A stretch of 64,000 nucleotides of DNA from Octopus sinensis (lineage: Eukaryota), in assembly GCF_006345805.1 (NCBI RefSeq), contig NC_043010.1, forward strand, positions 23,188,001 to 23,252,000. Reading direction: 5' to 3'. Below are positions 54,238 through 64,000 of this stretch, piece after piece. Position numbers and translations under genes: made by a program. Within the stretch, counting starts at the first letter, position 1. Every line of letters begins with the position of its first letter. The notes beneath the pieces were generated by a model. The model was not told the origin of the DNA. It searched no databases and worked only from the letters and a program-made list of their open reading frames with translations.

Positions 54238-54399
54238 TGTACATACATACATATATATGCAGAGTGCGTAAGATATTTGAGGACAGATTCATGTTTATAA
54301 AAAAATAACAAATATATAACAGCAGATAATAACTTTATTTATCAAAAAAATGCTATGAGGATAAAAATAAACCTTTTCTATTATGATATTTAATAAAGG

Positions 54400-55400
54400 C
54401 ACCTTCAGCTTCAACAACTGTTTCTTTCTGAGATCGAACTCATGTACATGCGCGAATGAAGGGGTCCTGGTTCATTTTGGACATTACTCCGACTATGGTA
54501 GCTTTCATAGAATTTTTGGTATTATGGAAATGTTCATTGACCCCTCTCTCTCTCTCTCAACAACGCTCGACATGTAATAGCCCAATGGATTGAGATCTGG
54601 GGAGTTAGGAAGCCAAATGTTAGGGGTTATGTGATCGTGAAAATTTTCAGCCATCTATTCCTGTATTACTAGAGCCGTGTGTGATAGTGGAGAGTCTTAC
54701 TGAAACACATACGGCCTTCCATTGTATACACTGTCTATTATTTCTAGGACATCAATGTAGGCGGCAGAGTTAACTCTAACGCCTTGTGGAAAGAAGTAAG
54801 GAGGTATGACATGTCCTTCATTGCTGACAACCCCTAAAACCATGACAGTTGCAGGAAATTTTTTTATGCATAACACTTGGAACTTCAGAAGGTTTTGCAT
54901 AAAACCTTCTGTCATTTCTTCTGTTAACTTTTTGATCTTGTTCGAAGTTTTTCTCGTTTGAGAAAAACCAAATCAAATCTTCCTCCGCTGGATTTTTCTA
55001 TTTGTTTGAGAGCCTTTTAGATCTGATGTAGTGATTTTCTTTCGTTTTTTCTGACAAATTGATCTTTCCTCATCATATACGACTTCGTGAACAACATTTC
55101 TGACTGCTCCTTGTGACAGATGGAAATCTTTCGCAATAGACCTCATGGACTTCCTGGGATTGTAATCAATGGTCTGTTGAACTTGTTGGATAAATTCAGC
55201 TGAACTGATAATTTCAGAGCGTTTGGAATGCTTTTTAAGCTTTGATACTGGTGATACATTTCCATCTTCAGTCTCTAGCTCCTCACAAACTTTGTAGACG
55301 AAAGATCTAGCAACTTTTAAGGATAGAGATATTTCTAAATCGCTATACTCAGCCTTTATAACCACAATAACAGCATGCCTCTTCATTTCTCGAGTAAGCT
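54400..55400 (-). mobile_element. Decayed Tc1/mariner transposase, maT/DD37D-like
   Basis: N-terminal HTH-like MKRHAVIV...ARSFVYKV...NPRKSMRSIAKDF; catalytic region KFPATVMVLGVVSNEGHVIPPYFFPQG, YVFQ*DSPLSH, IWLPNSPDLNPLGYY; stops and frameshifts; TIRs not found. Confidence 0.75.
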
Positions 55401-55536
55401 GAGGGTCTGGTATTATTATTTTCTGAAACAAAGATTATACAGAGTTAGCAAAAAATGCAGCAATGACCAAAAAAAAGCTATGTTCTCAAATACCTTACGT
55501 ACCCTCTTTCTCTCTCTCTCTCTCTCTCTGTCGCTC

Positions 55537-55583
<47 letters not shown>

Positions 55584-55662
55584 CATAAGGGACTAAAGCC
55601 ATCTGAATATGGCTAGGGACAGGGCAGGGTGGTGGGGGTGTTACTGTTGCATTTAGCCCCAG

Positions 55663-55993
55663 GTTATCGCCATACTAATATGGCAGTCTTATAAATATAA
55701 GACTAAAGCTGTCGCTGATTAGCTCCAAGAGGCCACCGCCTCAAGCTAGCTATTTGACACACTAACCTGCGTCCATTACAAACCTACGCTGCATTGATAA
55801 GGGGCAACAGCCCTGAAACTTCTGTAGCTGTCTGACTGGCAGGATGAAGCGGCTGACCTCCCTTGTTCGAAGGTTTGTAATGGACGCAGGTTCGTGTGTC
55901 AATTAGCTAGCTTGAGGCGGTGGCCTCTTGGAGCTAATCAGCGACAGCTTTAGTCTTATATTTATAAGACTGCCATATTAGTATGGCGATAAC
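55663..55993. repeat. 330-bp foldback element with ~123-bp inverted arms (55663-55785 / 55871-55993)
   Basis: gttatcgccatactaatatggcagtcttataaatataagactaaagctgtcgc... is near-perfectly complementary to ...gcgacagctttagtcttatatttataagactgccatattagtatggcgataac. Confidence 0.93.
55788..55828 (+). ncRNA. Hammerhead-like motif with U3-A8 core in the foldback spacer
   Basis: gctgca TTGATAA ggggc-aaca-gccct GAAA ct TC tgtagc; 6-bp stem I, 5-bp stem II, stem III degenerate (CU instead of CG). Confidence 0.55.
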
Positions 55994-56098
55994 TATTAAT
56001 TTCCAGTAACGCTGCCGTAATCTCCTTTAGAGAGACTTAGTAATTTTAATATTTCTATTATATATATATTACAAGTAGAAATATATACCTTTTCGACT

Positions 56099-56330
56099 CG
56101 TAAGTAGTGATAGAACAGCATATATAGGACAAAATCCTTACAATGCAGAAAAAATCTGTCAGTATCCTTTCAATAGCAGATTTTGTCAATAAAGCAGTTT
56201 AGCTTAAATGGTAAAGCACTTTGACCAGAATTTGAAGGGATGTGAGTTGGAGTCCCATGGCTGGTTGCTAACAGATTTTTCTGCTCTGTAAGGATTTTAT
56301 CCTATATGTACTGTTCTAACCGTACTTACG
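56099..56330. repeat. ~60-bp inverted repeats enclosing a tRNA-like segment (56194-56264)
   Basis: cgtaagtagtgatagaacagcatatataggacaaaatccttacaatgcagaaaaaatctgt vs acagatttttctgctctgtaaggattttatcctatatgtactgttctaaccgtacttacg; core tagcttaaatggtaaagca...gagttggagtccc resembles A/B boxes. Confidence 0.7.
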
Positions 56331-56427
56331 CGTTTAAAAAGAAAAGTCTATCTCTTTGTACTACAATACATCATTTCAGTGCTTCAAAAACAAATTATTT
56401 GTTTTGGGTTACATACCATACATATAT

Positions 56428-56496
<69 letters not shown>

Positions 56497-56552
56497 TGAT
56501 AGTTCGTTAGAACCTACACGCATTTTTGCTCTCTTTGTTTTTTTCTGTGTAC

Positions 56553-56588
56553 CTTTCTGTCGAAGAGCGTAGACTCGAAACGTAAAAG
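56553..56588 (+). ncRNA. Hammerhead-like motif, position-6-U family
   Basis: cttt CTGTCGA a gagc-gtag-actc GAAA cg TA aaag. Confidence 0.45.
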
Positions 56589-56823
56589 ACTTTATCTATT
56601 TCTATTCTTGAGCGCTATACTAATACATTTGTTTGTTTGTACTCCACCTGCCGTCGTCTTTTGTTTATTTTCGTAAACTTACCCATTATATATATATACA
56701 TATATATATATAAATAATATGTGGTGAATTTATGGAAAGAAGTCTCATAAAACTCATCAATTCTGTTAAAAATGGAGACAAGTTGTTAAAATATATGAGA
56801 ATTATATATATATATATATATAT

Positions 56824-56856
<33 letters not shown>

Positions 56857-56934
56857 TGTATATATAGATATATGTATGTAAATATGTATGTGTATATACA
56901 TACACGCATATATAAATATATACATATATATATG

Positions 56935-56981
<47 letters not shown>

Positions 56982-56990
56982 GTATGTATG

Positions 56991-57023
<33 letters not shown>

Positions 57024-59138
57024 TTGTTTGTGCTTGTTTGTTTGTGTGTGTGTGGGGGGTGTTTGTGTGTGTGGTGTGTGTGTGTGTGTGTGTCTGTATG
57101 TGATGGGAAGAGAAGAGAGGAACAGGGACCTGATATTTGACGGGCGGATGAAACTGTTTCACTTTGTGTTTTATGTTTTACGCTCTGAATATAGTCACAT
57201 GATATCTGAGTAACAAAAACGAAGCATATTGAATAAAATATCGGATAATATGATCGGAAAACCAATAAAACACATTGAGCCACAGATATTCAAAGCAGAC
57301 GAGTCATATACTAAATTCTCACGAGTCAGCTATCTTCTTTTATGATATTTTAGCGTAGATATTAAAACTGCTGATGGCATACTTCATTGCAGTGAGTAAC
57401 AGATAAAGCTTAAGGTCCAATGATAAAGTCGTACGTGGTCGCTCTCCATATGCTAGTAATAGCAACTGTATTTCTTGTAAATCATATCCTTGATATTTAA
57501 AATAAATATAAAATGGAATTAGAATTATATAGTTTGCATGATTGTATCCTATAACTTATTGTCTTTTATTTTCTTATATGTTTAGTGATAAATCTTCAAC
57601 TACGCTGAGGTATTGCCTTGAAGAATTTCGGTTCAGAGAATAGACTCCAGTACCCATTTTCTTTACTTCTTGAAGCCTTGTACGTATTCTATCGTTCTCT
57701 AAGGGCGGTTTTCTAAGTTACAGAGACGTATACACAATGACACACTTTGTCAAGCGTTATTGGAGGACAATTGCAGGCATTTACACCCACACACATTGAT
57801 ACGCACGCACACACACATACACACGACGGACCTCTTTCAGTTCCCGTCTATGAAATTTCCCCACAAATCGGTCCCGGGCAATAGTAGGAGACATTTGCTC
57901 AAGGTGCCACGTAGTTGGAATGAACCCGAAACCATGTGGTTGGGAAGCAAACCTTTTTCAACATTCATACACGCACACACACACACACACAACACACACA
58001 CACACACACAACACACACCACACACACACACCACACACAACACACAGACACACAAACACAAACACACACGAATATATATGTATGTCTATCTAATAAACGC
58101 ATTTGGAAATGCGGGAATATATATTGGTCAGAAGGCTAAAAGGCCGGACTTAATGTATTTTTAGTATCTAGCATTTAGCTGTGTCTTCCACTTCAATTCC
58201 CTTTGGTGTACTTTTAATATATAATTTTCAATTTTGGTAAATGGATGGTGTCATATTGGAGTTACGTCGCTAAAATCCGTTGGCTCTACATTATTTGGCA
58301 AAAGTACCGAAACGGAGAGAATGGAGAAAAGGAATATATAGAGTAAAAATAAAATAAACATATACAAAAAGTGAACAAAATATACCAGAAATTATTATAA
58401 CAAATAAAATCCAACAACACAGTCAAAGAGAAAAAAATAATCAACAACAAAAAGAAAGAGCATGTCCACAAGTGTTGCTGATCGAAATTTCCACTCGACC
58501 AATCACCGGTATAAAGTCCCTTCAAAATCGATCATCATCGCTACCATAATAACGTCAGTCTTGTTGATTTAATAACAACACACCGCACTAAGTAAAAAAG
58601 AAGCGGTGATGTCCCTTGTGGTAAAGAGCTCTCTCTCCCTCTCTTTCTCACCATATGTATGTGTGTGTGTGTGTGTGTGTATGCATGTCTATATGTATAT
58701 ATGTGTGTATGTAAAACTCTTTAAAATAATCTTTTATGAAAATCGATTTTCTAATAGGCACCACCGACTTGAATTCCCATATCAATCTATACAGCGTTAT
58801 TCCTGTATCAAAGCACCGTAATAGTATGTGTGTGTGTGTATGTGTATGCATACATGCACATATACATACATACATTCATATATATATATACTATTACGGC
58901 GCTTTGATACAGACGTAACGCTGTATAGATTTATATATACAAATATGTATGTGTGTGTATATATATATATATATATTATATATATATATGGATATATATA
59001 TATATAAATATCCATATATATAGGTTTACATATCCATATATATATATATAATATATATATTATATATATATATATACACATACATATATGTATATATAAT
59101 ATATACAGCGTTATTTCTGTATCAAAGCACCGTAATAG

Positions 59139-59172
<34 letters not shown>

Positions 59173-59202
59173 ATATGGATATATATGTATACATATATAT
59201 AT

Positions 59203-59242
<40 letters not shown>

Positions 59243-59275
59243 TATACATATATATAAATATATATATATATATAT

Positions 59276-59306
<31 letters not shown>

Positions 59307-59326
59307 TGAGAAAGAGAGAGAGAGAC

Positions 59327-59386
<60 letters not shown>

Positions 59387-59932
59387 GATAGATAGATAGT
59401 TTACTGTTCCATTAAGGTAAGATCAACACACACGCACCCATACACGCACACACACACACACACACACACATTATATATAACCGGTTCTCGCATCTGTGTC
59501 AATCAATGGTTCACCTTAGGAAGCGTATCCTTTATATGATCCCATCGATGCCTGATGTAAAATGAAAACCAAGTCTTTGTTTTGTTATAATATTTTAACT
59601 CTCTCGTGGCTGTTCTTGTGAACTGCTGCAACATAATCAATACATTCTATATTATAGTGCATTATAGTGTACCACAATAGAATAGGAAGGAATATCATGG
59701 AACAACTATATTCTTGCATTGTCCGATGTCTTGGTTTCTCGTTCAACATAATATATCACATTCTTTTTAGTATTTTGCACCCTCATATGTATGTGTATAT
59801 ATATATATATGCACCTATACATACATATATGTAAATATGTACATACATATGTATTTATAGTTACATACGTTTCGGGCAAACATATTGCTTGTACACAGTC
59901 CTTGGTTACTGGCTATCACCATACAGTGGAAA

Positions 59933-60625
59933 TTCCACAGAACCCGTAGAGTTTATATAAATATATAAAGAATTGGAAGTGGATTGAACGACATTCTTTA
60001 TTCACAATCCCTACAATTGTTTCGACGCCTGTAGTAAACGTATACCACTCTCTCTGTATATCAGAAAAAGCAATCCAATGACATCAGCTACAAGTTAATC
60101 CAAACATGAACAAAGGGAAACCACAACAAAGTGAAGACGTGGAACAAGTATAGTGTTATTGGACGTTCAGGAAAGGAAAGAAAGAAGAAGGACTTAGCTC
60201 CTCGAGCGGAGCTCTTCGTCAGAAATATAGAAAAAAATATCCAAGGAAGGAAAGACGGAGAAATAAAATCGCCAACGATGCACACGCAGTCACATTAGAT
60301 TTCAGATGGCCTTCGCTTTCAGATATTTTTTCGATGCGAATTGATGCCTACAATCAACTTAAATGCATTTGAAAACAATTGGAAGGCCGTTGATTCTCGT
60401 GAACTCATTTGCTCTTTAATGGGTCTTTCTTTTTATCCCGTAGGCTATCCAAAAGCCACCTACCTGATCAAGTTGATGTGGTGGAGTTGTCAGTTTAGTC
60501 GACAAGACTTGACCATGCAAGAGATTTGAATGGGACATATGTTACAGTAGCACTCTAAACTAACCTACATGACACACACACACACACACACACACACCAA
60601 CACACACACACACACACACACACAC

Positions 60626-60662
<37 letters not shown>

Positions 60663-61004
60663 TGGTAAAACGGTAAGATAACAAAAGAAAGAAAGATACC
60701 TCAATATTATGTAAACAGAGGAAATTTATCTGTAAAATAATATGTGACAATTATTCGGTAGCCAAGATAAAACTCTGAGTTTCGGATGCCGAGGTGGAAA
60801 TCCACAACAATTGGCTACCGAATAATTGTCACATATTATTTTATATATATATATATATCTATATATATATATATATTATATATTTCTTTCCACAGAACCC
60901 GTAGAGTTTATATAAATATATAAAGATTTGGAAGTGGATTGAACGACATTCTTATTCACAATCCCTACAATTGTTTCGACGCCTGTAGTAAACGTATACC
61001 TCTC

Positions 61005-61010
<6 letters not shown>
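59933..61010 (+). repeat. ~125-bp direct repeat pair (59933-60060 / 60888-61010) containing an HHR 3' half on the minus strand
   Basis: ttccacagaacccgtagagtttatataaat...tccctacaattgtttcgacgcctgtagtaaacg in both copies; minus strand reads GAAA caattg TA ggga. Confidence 0.8.
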
Positions 61011-61050
<40 letters not shown>

Positions 61051-61057
<7 letters not shown>

Positions 61058-62069
61058 AGTACTGGGAGGATAAGAAACGGAACGAAGCGACGAATCGAAT
61101 CGAACCCGACGTGAAGGCGCTGTCAGACAAATAAATAAAATATATGCATATATACAAACATATAAGTACGTACCTACATCTACATGTATATATATATGCA
61201 TATATAAATATATATACGTGAGTACAGGACACCCCAACTGGACGTAGAACTCAACGAGAAACGAAAAAGGAAAAGCCATTTTTTACGGAACTCAACGAGA
61301 AACGAAAACGGGAAAAACAAAATTTTTTTACAACAGAAAAACAGAGTACAGGACATACTACACAAGGAAAAATCCCCAATCATCAGCTGTCGCTAGTTAG
61401 ACTCAAGCGTGTTTCGAAGACAAGACAGGACACGACTCCTCAAAACTAGGCCTTCCTGCGAGACAATTAAAATAAAATTACCTCGCAGAGGGGTAAAAAA
61501 CAAGCAAGAAAAAAATGTAACACAAACAGGACATAAAAATAAAACTGCACAATAAAATACAAGATAAAAATACATGTACAAGAAAATACAAAACGAGAAA
61601 TAAAAAGGAAATACAATACGAGAAAACAAAATAAACAAGAAAACAAACGAGAAAAACAAACGAAAAGGCCTTTTTTCTGGCTTTTTCTAGCAGCGCATGG
61701 AAACACGACTTTACAGTTTGAAAGCAGCGTGCAAAAGGAAGTGGTTTTGGCTAGCAGTGACAAAGATGAGGAAGAGTGAGAGGGAGAGAGAGTGGGGAAA
61801 GTAAAGCAAAGGGAGAGAATTTCGCGTCATAATTATATATAAAACAGTACTGGTAGGATAAGAAACGAAACGAAGCGACGAATCGAATCGAACCCGACGC
61901 GAAGGCGCTGTCAGACAATAGTGTAATAAATAAAATATAAAATATATGCATACATACAAACATATACGTACGTACCTATGTATACATGCATATATAAATA
62001 TATATACGTGAGTACAGGACACCACAACTAGACGTAGAACTCAACGAGAAACGAAAACGGAAAAGCCAT
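61051..62069. repeat. ~225-bp direct repeats (61051-61279 / 61840-62069) 789 bp apart, pLTR/tandem-unit-like
   Basis: gataagaaacg(g/a)aacgaagcgacgaatcgaatcgaacccgacg...gagtacaggacacc...gacgtagaactcaacgagaaacgaaaa in both copies. Confidence 0.85.
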
Positions 62070-62165
62070 ATATATATAGCTGGAATTTACAAAAAGCAAA
62101 AGACGAAGACAGGTGTATAAACACCGAACTGGTGTATTAGTTTAACGCTCGGGATGGTGAGAATG

Positions 62166-62204
62166 TCTTTTACGTTTCAAGCCTACGCTCTTCAACAGAT
62201 AAGA
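62166..62204 (-). ncRNA. Hammerhead-like motif, CUGUUGA family
   Basis: Minus strand: tcttat CTGTTGA a gagc-gtag-gctt GAAA cg TA aaaga. Confidence 0.45.
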
Positions 62205-62239
62205 ATACGAGAAAATAAACAGAGATTAAAATAAGATTT

Positions 62240-62442
62240 AGGGACAGGGGACAAACGAGGACAGACAAAGGGATTAAGTCGATTAGATCGACCTCGGTGC
62301 GTAACTGGTACTTATTTAATCGACCCCGAAAGCATGAAAGGTAAAGTCGACCTCGGCAGAATTTGAACCCAGAACGTAACGGCAGACGAAATACGGTCTA
62401 GCATTTCCCCGGCGTGCTAACGATTTTGCCAGCTCACCGCCC
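62240..62442 (-). mobile_element. tRNA-derived SINE (family B)
   Basis: Reverse complement of the 17862-18092 family. Confidence 0.78.
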
Positions 62443-62463
62443 TTCTCTCTCTCTCGCTTTCTC

Positions 62464-62494
<31 letters not shown>

Positions 62495-64000
62495 GGAGAG
62501 TATTGTAGTTCGCTGGAAGCATTGTGTATTCTTTGTGAAATATAACGTGTCTTCATTGGCACAACAACGCAGAGTGTACTATAATAACTGTTATAATTTA
62601 ATTATTCATAGTCTAATATATTTCGGAATACAAAAATTCCTTCTGAAGATATTGCTAGGATAGAGTCACTGCCACAATCGGTTTTCCAACGGTTATTGAA
62701 TTGTTGTGAGAGTATCTCATAGGAGATTGTTTAATAGTCTCGTAACCCAGCCAAAGCGTTCCCAACTATCTGGCAAGTACCGTCTGGACTTTTTTAACGT
62801 GTAAATATGGTGGTACAAATTTGTTTCTCTTGGTTTTATTATTTTTGAGGATGTTTTCAAGCTAAAATGTTTGAGGCCTTGTTAGCTCCCCCCCCCCTTC
62901 CCAACAGAATATGTAAAGTTCCGTCTTATAACCTTGGAAGGTGAAAATCTCGCCGAAATATTTTTAAAGCTATATAAAATTCTACTATTTGGCATTTGTA
63001 ATATTTATAAAATTGCCACATCAGAATTAGCAGGAAGGATTTTATCAGAAATAGCACGAAAAGAACAGAACAGGCCACAAGAATTATTTTCAATCACAAA
63101 AATACCCTTTAGAAAATAAAACGTGAAAATTAATCAATTCTTAGCGTTACATAATGTTAGAATTACACATACAAAATTAGTATTCGAAACGTTAATTCAA
63201 TAGCTAGATTTGGGTAAATAGTACAAATATCAAAGATGCCACGATCACCGGCAACCATGTAATTTGATCTTTCGCAGAAGTTATGGTTCATAAGAAGCTC
63301 CACAATGTCTCAAGTGAAAGGAGACGATATGGAAGAGGTACATAGAGAAAGGTAGCGCGCCTTTGCTCGATTAATTGATGCAAAAGAGTCTAAGAAGAAA
63401 GATAATGAAGCTCGTATTCAAACAAATGGAAAGGATTCCCTAAGTGCATGAAGAGCTGGAGGAAACGCTGGTAGATTCGTAGCAGGGAGCGTAATCCTTC
63501 GACTGAAACAGGACATATAGAAGAGTATGAAGAGTTTCATAAGGTTTACCGTTTCTCTGTATCTATCCATCTATGTTTCTGTATATATCACCCACTCACT
63601 CACTCACTCACTCATTCATTCACTCACTCACTCACTCACTCACTCACTCACTCACTCACACACTCACTCACTCACACACTCAATCGGTTACTCCGCTCTC
63701 TACGCATATGTACAAATATATACACAAACGCATGTTTACTTGGTTCCCGTACAAGTATGTACGTGCATATACATACGTGTGCACGTACGTGTGAACATGC
63801 ATATATGAGCGTGCACACAAATGTATAGCGATACAAGAACACACACACACACACATACACAAACAGACACACACACATACAAAGCTATATATATACTTAT
63901 ATACAAGCATGTGTGTATGCGTGTGATATATTCTGGGTGTGAAACCATTAAATATGGCGCTAAATATACGATTTCTAAATGTTGCAATATTTGTCAAAAC

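Noticed and set aside
59860-59900. GAAA cg UA tgta with a stem II-like hairpin on the minus strand
   Set aside because: The CUGANGA core is absent; relic at best.

Overview
AT-rich eukaryotic non-coding DNA saturated with microsatellites ((TA)n, (CA)n, (TACA)n, (TAGA)n, (TAA)n) and transposon relics. The SINE, Dong/R4 LINE and Penelope repertoire looks like an octopus (coleoid cephalopod) genome; this is inference, not a database result. I find no intact protein-coding gene, and almost all ORF-track entries are microsatellite artefacts. Recognisable coding relics are two 5'-truncated Dong/R4-type RLE LINEs (19350-21101 +, 43560-46243 -), 3' ends of a second RLE LINE that sits in (CATA)n, a Penelope-like GIY-YIG endonuclease relic, CR1 and RTE fragments and a decayed maT/DD37D-type mariner transposase. 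The main signal is hidden RNA structure: about 20 minimal type I hammerhead ribozyme (HHR) motifs or relics from many unrelated sequence families. About eight have complete catalytic cores, and most of those have palindromic stem III loops of the dimer-forming kind. They occur in a ~597-bp head-to-tail tandem array (retrozyme/circRNA-like), in both arms of a 430-bp near-perfect palindrome, and in the arms or spacers of several long foldback elements. Two recurrent non-canonical cores appear (U at position 6; U3-A8). All ribozyme folds were parsed by eye and none has been tested.
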